NCBI GenBank assembly: GCA_965279035.1
Contig: OZ257142.1
Location: 128,001-192,000 of the forward strand
Reading direction: 5' to 3'
Length of the DNA stretch: 64,000 nucleotides
Source: Bacteroidia bacterium
GTDB taxonomy: Bacteria; Bacteroidota; Bacteroidia; M30B66
Shown: positions 10,811 to 20,503 of the stretch, piece after piece
Position numbering within the stretch: position 1 is the first letter of the stretch
Layout of the letters: the number at the start of each line of letters is the position of its first letter
The notes under the pieces: generated by a model
The model's input: the letters and a program-made list of their open reading frames with translations, nothing else
Told to the model about the DNA's origin: nothing
Database searches by the model: none
Made by a program: the position numbers and the translations under genes

Positions 10811-12523
10811 ATGAAAGTTTACATGAAAAAACTAAGCAATATCTCCATCAAACTTCGACTATTCATCGCAACCGCTTTGATTGCAGTAGTTTCATTTACA
10901 ACACTCAGCTTTAAAGATGATTATTTCGAGATATCGAAAAACCTCGACATTTTCGCTACGCTTTTCCGTGAAGTCAATTTGTATTATGTGGATGAGATTC
11001 AACCCGGACAAATGATGAAAACTGGGATTGATGCGATGTTGGAGTCACTCGATCCGTATACGAATTATATTCCCGAAGACGATATTGAAGATGCCCGTTT
11101 TATGACTACGGGACAATATGGTGGAATTGGCGCTCTCATCAGAACCAAAGATGATATCATCGTCATTTCTGAACCTTATGAAAATGCCCCAGCTTCTAAA
11201 GCCGATTTACGTGCGGGTGATGTAGTTCTCGAAATTGAAGGAAAAAGCACCAAAGGAAAAACAACCTCCGATGTTGTGAAAGTATTGAAAGGTCAACCCA
11301 ACACACCCGTTAAACTTTTAATTAAACGTGAAGGGGAAGAAAAGCCGATCGAAAAAACCATCATGCGGGAAGAAATTAAAGTGAATAATGTTCCCTATTA
11401 TGGAATGATCGATGATCAAATTGGATACATCAAACTCACCGGTTTTACTCAAGATGCTGGTCGTGAAGTAAAAGATGCTCTCATTAAACTCAAAGAGAAT
11501 CCCAAATTAGAAGGCGTTGTGCTCGATTTGCGCGGAAATCCGGGTGGTTTATTACGCGAAGCCATCAATATTGTCAATGTATTTGTCGAAAAAAATATTG
11601 ATATCGTTAGCACCAAAGGCAAAGTAAAAGACTGGGATAAAACCTATAAATCCATTAACAATCCAGTTGATGTGAACATTCCACTTGCTGTTTTAGTAAA
11701 TCGTTCATCGGCTTCAGCATCTGAAATTGTAAGTGGATCGATTCAAGATCTTGACCGTGGAGTTATTGTTGGCCAACGTAGTTTTGGAAAAGGATTGGTT
11801 CAAACTTCTCGCCCACTTTCCTACAATACACAATTGAAGATTACTACTTCAAAATACTATATCCCAAGTGGTCGCTGCATACAAGCGAAGGATTATTCTC
11901 ACCGTAATGAAGATGGAAGTGTTGGCACTGTTCCCGATTCGATGATTAAAGAATTTACAACTCGTGCTGGTCGTAAAGTATACGATGGCGGTGGTGTGAT
12001 TCCCGATGTGAGTATGCCGGTGAAAGAATACACACCAATATCCAGAAGCGTTGTGAGCAATAGTCTCATTTTCGATTTTGCAACCAAATACCGCATGACG
12101 CATCCTGAATTAGCATCTGCTCGAAATTTTACAATTACTCCGGATGTGTTCAATGAATTTAGTGCTTTCCTTGCTACCAAAGAATATAGCTACAAAACCG
12201 AAAGTGAAGAGCTTTTAGAAGAATGGCAAAAAGTGGCCGAACGCGAGAAATACTTTGATGCTGCAAAATCAGAATTCGATGCACTCAAACAACGCATCGA
12301 TCACGACAAGAAAGCAGATATCGAAAAATCAAAAGATCAGTTGAGTGAATTGTTGATCGATGAAATTGCAAGCCGGTACTTTTTCCAAAAAGGGAGAATT
12401 GAATCTTCGTTTTCCTATGATGCAGAAATCAAAAAAGCGGTAGATATTTTAAAAGACAAGTCGTTCTACACCGATATTTTGAGCGGAAAATACAAAGAGG
12501 AAATCAAGAAAAAAGGAAAGTAA
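10811..12523 (+). CDS. S41 family carboxy-terminal processing protease
   Basis: LDPYT, PDZ (YGGIG), DLRGNPGGLL, SASASEIV, SFGKGLVQ. Confidence 0.93.
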   Translation: MKVYMKKLSNISIKLRLFIATALIAVVSFTTLSFKDDYFEISKNLDIFATLFREVNLYYVDEIQPGQMMKTGIDAMLESLDPYTNYIPEDDIEDARFMTTGQYGGIGALIRTKDDIIVISEPYENAPASKADLRAGDVVLEIEGKSTKGKTTSDVVKVLKGQPNTPVKLLIKREGEEKPIEKTIMREEIKVNNVPYYGMIDDQIGYIKLTGFTQDAGREVKDALIKLKENPKLEGVVLDLRGNPGGLLREAINIVNVFVEKNIDIVSTKGKVKDWDKTYKSINNPVDVNIPLAVLVNRSSASASEIVSGSIQDLDRGVIVGQRSFGKGLVQTSRPLSYNTQLKITTSKYYIPSGRCIQAKDYSHRNEDGSVGTVPDSMIKEFTTRAGRKVYDGGGVIPDVSMPVKEYTPISRSVVSNSLIFDFATKYRMTHPELASARNFTITPDVFNEFSAFLATKEYSYKTESEELLEEWQKVAEREKYFDAAKSEFDALKQRIDHDKKADIEKSKDQLSELLIDEIASRYFFQKGRIESSFSYDAEIKKAVDILKDKSFYTDILSGKYKEEIKKKGK

Positions 12524-12568
12524 TTGTCAGATGAATTCGATTCGCTGCCAATCTATTCTATAATTTAG

Positions 12569-14437
12569 ATGAGGACTTTCTTTAAAAATTTCCGACAGCT
12601 CCCTCTATTACTGATACGCCAGTTTGTTTTCTGGATTCTGTATTTTGCTTTTTGTCGACTCATTTTTCTTGTTTACAACCAAGAAGAGGTTCGACATGCA
12701 CCTTGGTCTGAAATATTTTTAACATTTCCGGAAGCGCTGTACGTGGATACTTCCATGGCATGCTATATTTTATTCATTCCCTTTATTTTATTGAGCATTA
12801 CAGGGTTCAGTGGTAAGGTGTTGTTTTTAAAAATAAATAATTACTACACGGCCTTTATTCTGTTTTTGATTAGTATTCTAACCTTAGTAGAACTACCGCT
12901 TTACGATGAATGGGCACACAAATTCACCTACAAAGCACTGTGGTTTCTTCAACAACCTGCGGAGGTTTTTCAAACGGCTAGTTGGGGACAACTCATTTTT
13001 GCAGTCATAGGTACCACTTCATTAACTTGGGTTTCATTCTGGCTTTTTAAAAAAATTGCTCCAATTCCCTCGACCATCTCTTCGAATAAAGTAGATGCTG
13101 CCTTCTTTTTTCTATTGTTTCCAGGCATTCTCTTAACTGGTTCGCGTGGTGGATATAATCCAATTCCAATTCAAGTTAGTGATGCCTATTTTTCACAATA
13201 CAACATCCTAAACTCCGCTTCGGTAAATTCTACATTTCACTTGATGAGCAATGTGCTTCAAAATTTAGAAGCCTTTGAACCATACACTTTTCTTCGTTCT
13301 GATGAAGCAAAATCAATCGTAGACAGTCTATATGCTGTTCCTTCCGATACGAGCATTCAAGTTATTTCTACCAATCGCCCCAATGTTGTTTTGGTAGTTT
13401 TTGAAGGTTTAGCGGCCGATGTAGTTGGCTCACTTGGAGGATACAGCGATTTGGCTCCGCACTTCAGTCAACTCATAGATCAAGGAATCTCATTCGATTC
13501 ATGCTATGCTTCAGGAAATTTGAGTGACCAAGGAATGGGAGCTGTTTTCTCCGCCTTTCCTGCACAACCTCGTACCTCAATCATTACGGTTCCGGATAAA
13601 TACATTCATCTTCCTTGTGTTAATTCGGAATTCAGAAAGAACGGATATGCAACTTCCTTTCTTTTTGGCGGACAATTGAGTTATGGAAACATTCGGTCGT
13701 ATATGTATTACAATCATTTCGATCGTATTTTAGAAGAGAAAGATTTTGATTCTGATGTGTATAGAGGCAGACTTGGAGTTCACGATGGAGATCTTTTAAC
13801 GCGAGAATTGGAAGAGTTGAATAAAGATAAAACACCCTTTTTTGCAGCCTTGTTTACGCTCAGCACTCACAGCCCGTATGACATTCCTATTGATGAAGTG
13901 ATCCATTGGGGAGAAAAGGAAAAGGGATACATCAACTCGGTGCATTATGCCGATAGCTGTTTGAATCATTTTATGAATGAAGCTCGGAAACAGCCTTGGT
14001 TTGATAATACCTTGTTTGTTTTTGTATCAGATCATCATCACAATACACCCAAAGGATATTCATTCTTCTCTCCCGATTACCGAAGAATTCCTCTTGTCTT
14101 TTATGGAAACGTAATCAAACCGGAATACCGCGGGTTTCACTCAAAACGAATTTGTTCGCAGCTTGATTTAGCGTCTACCTTATTGCATCAACTTCATATG
14201 AATGCAAAACCGTTTACCTGGAGTAAAGATTTATTCAATCCGCACACTCCTGAATTTGCTTTCTATTCGTTCGATGAAGGATTCGGTTGGATTCGTCCAG
14301 AAGGAAGACTCGTTTGGTATGTTCATGAAAACCGTTTTGAGTTTGAACGCTATCTTAATCCTGCTAATAAACCACGACTTTTTAAAGAAGGAAAGGCTTA
14401 TCTGCAAAGAGTTACAGAAGATTTCTGGAAATACTAG
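12569..14437 (+). CDS. LTA synthase-family / sulfatase-like membrane phosphoglycerol transferase
   Basis: N-terminal TM helices, PNVVLVVFEG, TLSTHSPYD, YADSCL, VFVSDH. Confidence 0.85.
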   Translation: MRTFFKNFRQLPLLLIRQFVFWILYFAFCRLIFLVYNQEEVRHAPWSEIFLTFPEALYVDTSMACYILFIPFILLSITGFSGKVLFLKINNYYTAFILFLISILTLVELPLYDEWAHKFTYKALWFLQQPAEVFQTASWGQLIFAVIGTTSLTWVSFWLFKKIAPIPSTISSNKVDAAFFFLLFPGILLTGSRGGYNPIPIQVSDAYFSQYNILNSASVNSTFHLMSNVLQNLEAFEPYTFLRSDEAKSIVDSLYAVPSDTSIQVISTNRPNVVLVVFEGLAADVVGSLGGYSDLAPHFSQLIDQGISFDSCYASGNLSDQGMGAVFSAFPAQPRTSIITVPDKYIHLPCVNSEFRKNGYATSFLFGGQLSYGNIRSYMYYNHFDRILEEKDFDSDVYRGRLGVHDGDLLTRELEELNKDKTPFFAALFTLSTHSPYDIPIDEVIHWGEKEKGYINSVHYADSCLNHFMNEARKQPWFDNTLFVFVSDHHHNTPKGYSFFSPDYRRIPLVFYGNVIKPEYRGFHSKRICSQLDLASTLLHQLHMNAKPFTWSKDLFNPHTPEFAFYSFDEGFGWIRPEGRLVWYVHENRFEFERYLNPANKPRLFKEGKAYLQRVTEDFWKY

Positions 14438-15042
14438 GCGATCATCTTTGTGACCTGCTCATCCAAAGGAGAAATTGCCGGTCCGAAATAAGCAATCAGT
14501 TCTCCCTGCTCATCCAACAAATATTTGCTGAAATTCCAATCGGGTTCCTGATCATTCCAGCCATTTTTCTTTGAATCGGTCAACCAATCAAAAACTTGAT
14601 TCTGCTCTGCTTTACGAATAACTACCGATTTTTTAGCCAAAGGAAAAGTTACACCGAAATTCACCTGACAAAACGCAGCAATTCCCTGATCATCTAATTT
14701 TTCTTGCTCCTTAAAATCATTTGCAGGAAAACCAATAATCTGCAGTTTGCCACTCTGTGATTCGAATAACTGTTGCAGTTCACTGTATTGATTTGTATAG
14801 CCACAGTCCGAAGCTGTATTCACAAGGAGGATCTTTTTCCCTAGATATTCTCTTAGAAAATGCTCCGTTCCATTATTCATTTGAAACGAGAGTTTATTAT
14901 CCGAAATGTTTGATTTTGCTGATTTGGGCTTCAATATCACCTTTCCTTTATCTCCCTTTTGGGAAAGTTTCATAACAAAAGGATAAATCGCTTTCAGGAT
15001 ACGTTGTCGCAAGTTCATTTCAATGATTTGCGAAAGAAACAT
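14434..15042 (-). CDS. Glutathione peroxidase family (Cys-type)
   Basis: LLVNTASDCGYT, GFPANDF, WNFSKYL. Confidence 0.9.
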   Translation of the reverse strand: MFLSQIIEMNLRQRILKAIYPFVMKLSQKGDKGKVILKPKSAKSNISDNKLSFQMNNGTEHFLREYLGKKILLVNTASDCGYTNQYSELQQLFESQSGKLQIIGFPANDFKEQEKLDDQGIAAFCQVNFGVTFPLAKKSVVIRKAEQNQVFDWLTDSKKNGWNDQEPDWNFSKYLLDEQGELIAYFGPAISPLDEQVTKMIA

Positions 15043-15066
15043 TAATACACGTGGATTGTTGCTATT

Positions 15067-16143
15067 TTAATGAATCACAACTTGGAGATACACCGGTTGA
15101 TGATCGCTATATCGGAATTGCATATCGATTCCATGTACATTCAAAATCTCCACATTAGCAGAACTGATGAAAAAGTCGATCAAGGTTGTATAGGTTTTAC
15201 CTGCTTCATAGGAAGTCACGTTGCTTCTATTACTAGCCAATGTTGAATCGTAGCTCACCTTGAAATCCTTTGGAAGCATGTCCATTGTAAGCGATTGAGG
15301 TGTATAACCATCCGATAAATTGCTACTAAAATGCTTGGAATCAAATCCAGGTGGCACTTGGTTCCAGTCGCCACCTACAATAACGGTATTTCCTTTAGCA
15401 ACTTCTGCCTCGTAACGTTTCTTCATAAATTCCATTTCCACCTTTTTTATCTCTCCCGTTTCGTCGTAAGCCGTATTGTGTGTATTCACAACAACAAGCT
15501 CTTTTCCTGAAGAAAGTGGATATCGAAATTCCATCGCACAACGATCAAGCATGTACAATTTAGTTGGCCAAGCAAAACCTCCGGGATATTGAACTCGGGT
15601 GGAAGAACTTGGCTTAAATCGACTATAGCTAACCAATCCTCCGTAGGTTTTTCCATAAGGCGTATAGGGCAATCCAAAGGGAACCGGAACAAACTTCACA
15701 TCATAGTTGAGTGCGAAACTCCAAGAGAAATCAGGAAGTTCGTTCGCTATAACTGGAATCTGATCGGTGTTGTAACTGCGTTTGCTATTACGATCTACTT
15801 CCTGAATGAGAAATATATCGACGCTATCTTTCATCGTACTAACAAAGGTGGAAACCGCTTTTAAATATTTCGCCGATTGTTCCTCACTTGCCCGAACCAT
15901 TTTGCCACCATCATTGAAGAAATCCATTTCCGCTCCCAATCCACAATAGCCGATATTCCAGATTAATAAGGAAAGTGTATCTCCCGGTTTTGTGAGTGAG
16001 GAACTTCCTTCTATGAGTAATTTTTCTTCACTTCCCGGTTCTGGTTGATAATCGGTAATGGTCGAATAACAGAGAAGTCCAACAAATACTAGGATGAGAA
16101 TTAGAAGAAAAAAGCCAATCAAACGGAGAATCTTTCGAATCAT
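15067..16143 (-). CDS. Endonuclease/exonuclease/phosphatase family protein with N-terminal membrane anchor
   Basis: WNIGY, IQEVD, NTHN, GGDWN, IDFF, SDHQPV. Confidence 0.88.
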   Translation of the reverse strand: MIRKILRLIGFFLLILILVFVGLLCYSTITDYQPEPGSEEKLLIEGSSSLTKPGDTLSLLIWNIGYCGLGAEMDFFNDGGKMVRASEEQSAKYLKAVSTFVSTMKDSVDIFLIQEVDRNSKRSYNTDQIPVIANELPDFSWSFALNYDVKFVPVPFGLPYTPYGKTYGGLVSYSRFKPSSSTRVQYPGGFAWPTKLYMLDRCAMEFRYPLSSGKELVVVNTHNTAYDETGEIKKVEMEFMKKRYEAEVAKGNTVIVGGDWNQVPPGFDSKHFSSNLSDGYTPQSLTMDMLPKDFKVSYDSTLASNRSNVTSYEAGKTYTTLIDFFISSANVEILNVHGIDMQFRYSDHQPVYLQVVIH

Positions 16144-16255
16144 AAACCCAATATTTATCTACGTCAAACCTACAAAATATGAAGGTTCCTGAATCTATTA
16201 TTCCATATGTAATTGCTGAAAGAACATTTCTATTTTTACAGCTCACATTCCAACC

Positions 16256-17092
16256 ATGCAACACGCCGACTTTAGCTGGAGATCTGGTTCTGATCAAATA
16301 AAATTGTTCGGCCAGGTTTGGACGCCCATTGAAGAACCCATTGCTGTCATTGCCTTGGTTCACGGCATGGGAGAACACAGCGGACGCTATCGCAGATTAG
16401 CAGAATTCTTCACTTCTCATAACATTGCAGTGATCACGTTTGATCAACGAGGACATGGTCGTTCGGAAGGAAAAAGAGGACACATCACGCACTTTAATCA
16501 ATTGCTCGAAGGAATTGAAGAATTGGTTGATCGGGCGAATTTGAGATTTAAGCATAAACCCATTTTCCTTTATGGACATAGCATGGGAGGAAATGTTGCT
16601 CTTAACTATGCCTTGAAAAAACCTAGTGCAATTAAAGGTGTTATTGCAACAGGACCTTGGTTAAGACTTGCCTTTGATCCACCAGCAATTCAATTAAAAT
16701 TGGCGAACATTATGCGAAATCTGTATCCCGGATTTTCGCAAGCTTCCAAATTAAAAACAGAACATCTTTCGCATGACAAAGCCATTGTTTTGGCTTACGA
16801 AAAAGATAAATATGTTCACGATCGCATTACCGCTTCCTTTTTTACGAACCTATATTCTTCGGGATTGTATGCACTTCAACATGCAAACGAACTTAAAATC
16901 CCTGCTTTAATTATGCATGGCGGTGATGATAAAATCACCTCACAACCGGCCTCCGAAGAATTTGCGCATAAAGCCAATTTAGTTAGCGAATACAAAATTT
17001 GGCCTGATATGTATCACGAGATTCACAATGAACTCGAAAATGAAGAGGTATTCAACTATATTTTACGTTGGATTCAGCGTCAGCTTTCATAA
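16256..17092 (+). CDS. Alpha/beta hydrolase, lysophospholipase/monoacylglycerol lipase family
   Basis: VHGMGEHSGRY, DQRGHGRS, GHSMGG, YHEIHNE. Confidence 0.9.
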   Translation: MQHADFSWRSGSDQIKLFGQVWTPIEEPIAVIALVHGMGEHSGRYRRLAEFFTSHNIAVITFDQRGHGRSEGKRGHITHFNQLLEGIEELVDRANLRFKHKPIFLYGHSMGGNVALNYALKKPSAIKGVIATGPWLRLAFDPPAIQLKLANIMRNLYPGFSQASKLKTEHLSHDKAIVLAYEKDKYVHDRITASFFTNLYSSGLYALQHANELKIPALIMHGGDDKITSQPASEEFAHKANLVSEYKIWPDMYHEIHNELENEEVFNYILRWIQRQLS

Positions 17093-18385
17093 ATGAATTC
17101 GCAATCAAACCGCATTTCTCGACAAACTATTTTACTCATTGTAGTTGCTGCGCTCGGCTACTTTGTCGATATCTACGACTTGATTCTTTTCAATGTTGTA
17201 AAGAAAGAAAGCCTGCTTGCACTCGGTATCACAGATCCTGAAATCCTAAAAAACACAAGCATCACGCTATTCAATTGGCAGATGGGAGGAATGCTCATAG
17301 GTGGTTTGCTTTGGGGAATTTTGGGTGATAAAAAAGGTCGAATCAAAGTCTTGTTCGGCTCTATTCTACTCTATTCTTTAGCCAACGTTTTGAATGCTTT
17401 TGTGACAGGAATTCCAGCCTATGCTGCGGTTCGTTTCATTGCTGGAATTGGTTTAGCGGGCGAATTAGGTGCTGGAATTACGCTTGTTTCCGAAGTGATG
17501 AGCAAAGAAAATCGTGGCTATGGAACCATGATTATTGTAACCTTTGGTGCATTAGGCGCCGTGTTAGCTGCATTGGTTGCTGGCGATGGTCATATTTTAC
17601 GCGATTGGATTGAACAAACCTCCGGGCTCACGCTCGCCAATTGGCAAGTAGCCTACATTATTGGTGGAATGCTCGGATTGATGCTGCTCCTTCTTCGAAT
17701 CGGTACACTCGAATCGGGCATGTTCAAAAATCTACATCATCAAGGAATTGGTCGTGGTCAGTTTCTCAAGCTTTTTTCTAAAAAAGAAACCGCATTTCGT
17801 TACCTCAACTGTATTCTCATTGGCTTGCCCGTATGGTATGCAATAGGCGTTTTGATTGCACTTGCTGAAAATTTTGCATTGCCCGAAGCACTTGGAATTA
17901 CAGGCAAAGTAGTAAACGGACAAGCCGTGATGTTTGCCTATTTAGGTTTATCGGCAGGCGATTTATTGAGTGGCTTGCTGAGTCAGTTTATGCGAAGCCG
18001 AAAAAAGGTTGTTTTGCTGTATCTCGCTTTAAGTGCAGCGATGATGCTTGTTTACCTCTTTTTCAGTGTTGGAAAAACAGCAGAATATTTTTACACCATT
18101 TGCTTTTTAGTTGGGCTTGCAACGGGCTATTGGGCTTTGTTTGTAAGCATTGCCGCCGAACAATTTGGAACTAACATCCGAAGCACCGTTACCTCAACCG
18201 TTCCCAATTTTGTTCGAGGTGCAGTCATTCCAATAACAGGAAGCTTCCGTTTGCTAGAAGGCAGTTTAGGAATGATTGGAAGTGCCCTGTTGGTGGGAAT
18301 TGTATGTATTGCTTTAGCCGCTTTCTCAATGTCGAAATTGAAAGATACATTCGGAAAAGACCTCGATTACATCGAAACGCTTTGA
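17093..18385 (+). CDS. MFS transporter
   Basis: ~12 TM, GILGDKKGR motif A, RFIAGIGLAGE. Confidence 0.9.
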   Translation: MNSQSNRISRQTILLIVVAALGYFVDIYDLILFNVVKKESLLALGITDPEILKNTSITLFNWQMGGMLIGGLLWGILGDKKGRIKVLFGSILLYSLANVLNAFVTGIPAYAAVRFIAGIGLAGELGAGITLVSEVMSKENRGYGTMIIVTFGALGAVLAALVAGDGHILRDWIEQTSGLTLANWQVAYIIGGMLGLMLLLLRIGTLESGMFKNLHHQGIGRGQFLKLFSKKETAFRYLNCILIGLPVWYAIGVLIALAENFALPEALGITGKVVNGQAVMFAYLGLSAGDLLSGLLSQFMRSRKKVVLLYLALSAAMMLVYLFFSVGKTAEYFYTICFLVGLATGYWALFVSIAAEQFGTNIRSTVTSTVPNFVRGAVIPITGSFRLLEGSLGMIGSALLVGIVCIALAAFSMSKLKDTFGKDLDYIETL

Positions 18386-19107
18386 GCATTCGGCTCCATC
18401 ACTTCCCCAAATACACTTTCTAAAAATCCTTTTATTATTTTCATCCCGTCTGTATTGCCCAATAAATCATCCGAAGCACGTTCTGGATGTGGCATCATTC
18501 CAAACACATTCTTGCCCTGATTGCAAACACCTGCAATATGATCCATCGATCCATTGGGATTAAAATCAGCCCCTAAAATTCCTTCATCACTGCAATAGCG
18601 AAATAGAATTTGCTCATTGTCTTGAAGTCGTTTTAATGAATCAGCATCAGTAGTATAACGTCCTTCACCATGAGCAATCGGAATAGTGAATGGTTGATCT
18701 TTTTTCAATGAACGAGTAATAGCATTGGATGAACTGCCCGGTAGGATATTCACGTTTTGACAAATGAATCGATGAGAAGTATTGTGAAGCAAGGCGCCCG
18801 GTAAAAGCAAGGATTCGCATAAAATCTGAAATCCATTGCATACACCAAACACATTTCCTCCTTTGTTTGCAAAGTCGATTACCTCTTTCATGATAGGTGA
18901 AAATCGTGCAATTGCGCCCGATCTTAAATAATCACCGTAGGAAAATCCGCCAGGCAAAACAATTAATTGTGAACCTTGTAAGTCGTGGTCTTTATGCCAT
19001 AGTTTTTTTACTTCAACGTGCTGATATATTGAAAGCGCATCCACCATATCCTGATCACAATTTGAACCTGGAAAAACAACAACTCCGATGCGAATAGAAC
19101 TAGACAT
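18367..19107 (-). CDS. purQ: FGAM synthase glutaminase subunit
   Basis: VVFPGSNCD, PGGFSYGDYLRSG, GVCNGFQ, GMMPHPER. Confidence 0.97.
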   Translation of the reverse strand: MSSSIRIGVVVFPGSNCDQDMVDALSIYQHVEVKKLWHKDHDLQGSQLIVLPGGFSYGDYLRSGAIARFSPIMKEVIDFANKGGNVFGVCNGFQILCESLLLPGALLHNTSHRFICQNVNILPGSSSNAITRSLKKDQPFTIPIAHGEGRYTTDADSLKRLQDNEQILFRYCSDEGILGADFNPNGSMDHIAGVCNQGKNVFGMMPHPERASDDLLGNTDGMKIIKGFLESVFGEVMEPNAQSVSM

Positions 19108-19120
19108 TTTGATTGGTTGG

Positions 19121-20122
19121 TTAAAGCGTTGAAAATTGAAGGAAATACAGAACCTGATTGTAAATCACTGCAGCAAGCAAAAGTAGAAACATCAGCTCAG
19201 CTAGAATCTGATTTTTTAAGGAAAGAAAATAATTCGAAATAATAACCGAGAGTGGAATGGCTAAAAATGAAAGTCCAATCATGGTGCGTTTAGAGGCAAC
19301 AAGATAACTCAGTCCTGCAAAAAGAAAAAACCAAACGATGATGGCTAAAAATTTACGTGTTCGCAGTTTGGCAAACGTATTTAAATCGTTGGAAAACCGC
19401 CAGAGTGAAGCAATAACAATGACAGCTAGAATAGCTGAGAGTATAATGTATGTTCCGTTATACGCTGTTGAAAATTGTACTTTATAAAAAGGCTCTAGAA
19501 TAGATCGAATGCTATTCAAGCTGAGCATATCGAACCAAAATAAAATGGTTCCGAAAAACAGAAATGGTAGTATAACTCCGATAAAACTAACAAGCCATTC
19601 GCGCCATTCAAAAGGACGGAGAACAAATAAAGACGCGAGTGTTAATGGAAATAGAAACAAACAAGGCCAATAAAATAAAGAGGCCAACCCAATGAATAAA
19701 CCGGCATCAAATACTTCAAAAACAGCTGTGTCGGAACGGTAAAAATTAAAAAGGGAATTGAGAAATACGATGATAAAAAAGTTCGCGAATAGCAGCGGAT
19801 TAAATGAAAGTTGTTCAGGAAAACAACTCATCAATACCACATAAAGCAATGCAGGTAAATGCGATGAATCACGTAAAACTCCTTGACGATTAATCACCGA
19901 AGTGAGAAAAAAAGCTTGCAATACCACCATCAACAAGGAAATCCCTATGAGTAAAATGCGATTCGATCGTATGGATTGAAATGCATAAAGGAAAAGTGGA
20001 AAGGCGTTTTCGGTATTACTAATTTCCGGTTTAGGCAAAATAAAAACCCACATCACCATTAACACCAAGGGCAGCATGAGCAGATTGATGAAATGGGCAG
20101 ACCGAAAAAAATTAATAAACAA
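19121..20122 (-). CDS. Multi-pass membrane protein (DUF6427-like)
   Basis: Highly hydrophobic; FDAGLFIGLASLFY and RPFEWREW motifs. Confidence 0.65.
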   Translation of the reverse strand: MFINFFRSAHFINLLMLPLVLMVMWVFILPKPEISNTENAFPLFLYAFQSIRSNRILLIGISLLMVVLQAFFLTSVINRQGVLRDSSHLPALLYVVLMSCFPEQLSFNPLLFANFFIIVFLNSLFNFYRSDTAVFEVFDAGLFIGLASLFYWPCLFLFPLTLASLFVLRPFEWREWLVSFIGVILPFLFFGTILFWFDMLSLNSIRSILEPFYKVQFSTAYNGTYIILSAILAVIVIASLWRFSNDLNTFAKLRTRKFLAIIVWFFLFAGLSYLVASKRTMIGLSFLAIPLSVIISNYFLSLKNQILAELMFLLLLAAVIYNQVLYFLQFSTL

Positions 20123-20181
20123 GGGCTTGGGAAATTGGTGTTCGGGAAAATTCTTACTTTCGCAACAAATTTATCATAATC

Positions 20182-20343
20182 ATGGATACGCTGGTTTACG
20201 CACTCAAAGACTTTTTCGAATTTACTTTCAGTTTCATGCCTTCCATTGGAGCTGCAACCAATCTAATTTTCATTGGACTGCTCACTTTCTTTTCGATTTA
20301 TTGGATTGTTCAAATGTTTAAGAATCCCGAAAAACAACATTAA
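20182..20343 (+). CDS. Small 53-aa membrane protein (DUF6341-like), missing from the ORF track
   Basis: MDTLVYALKDFFEFTFSFMPSIGAATNLIFIGLLTFFSIYWIVQMFKNPEKQH*; TACTTTCG box upstream and terminator downstream. Confidence 0.7.
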   Translation: MDTLVYALKDFFEFTFSFMPSIGAATNLIFIGLLTFFSIYWIVQMFKNPEKQH

Positions 20344-20365
20344 TTTTTTAATGTTCAATACTATA

Positions 20366-20392
20366 CGCCCTGGTTATGCCGGGGCTTTTTAT
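20366..20392 (+). terminator. Rho-independent terminator
   Basis: GCCCTGG-TTATG-CCGGGGC followed by T-run. Confidence 0.65.
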
Positions 20393-20503
20393 TTTAAACT
20401 ATTCACGAGTAAATGTGAACACTCTGATTAAATCAACTGTTTGGCTGGAATCGATTAAACTAATTTTGCATCGAGCACTCCATTTTCTTTTGATCTTCAA
20501 CCA

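Noticed and set aside
14434-15042. Selenocysteine glutathione peroxidase
   Set aside because: The active-site codon is TGT (Cys) and there is no in-frame TGA
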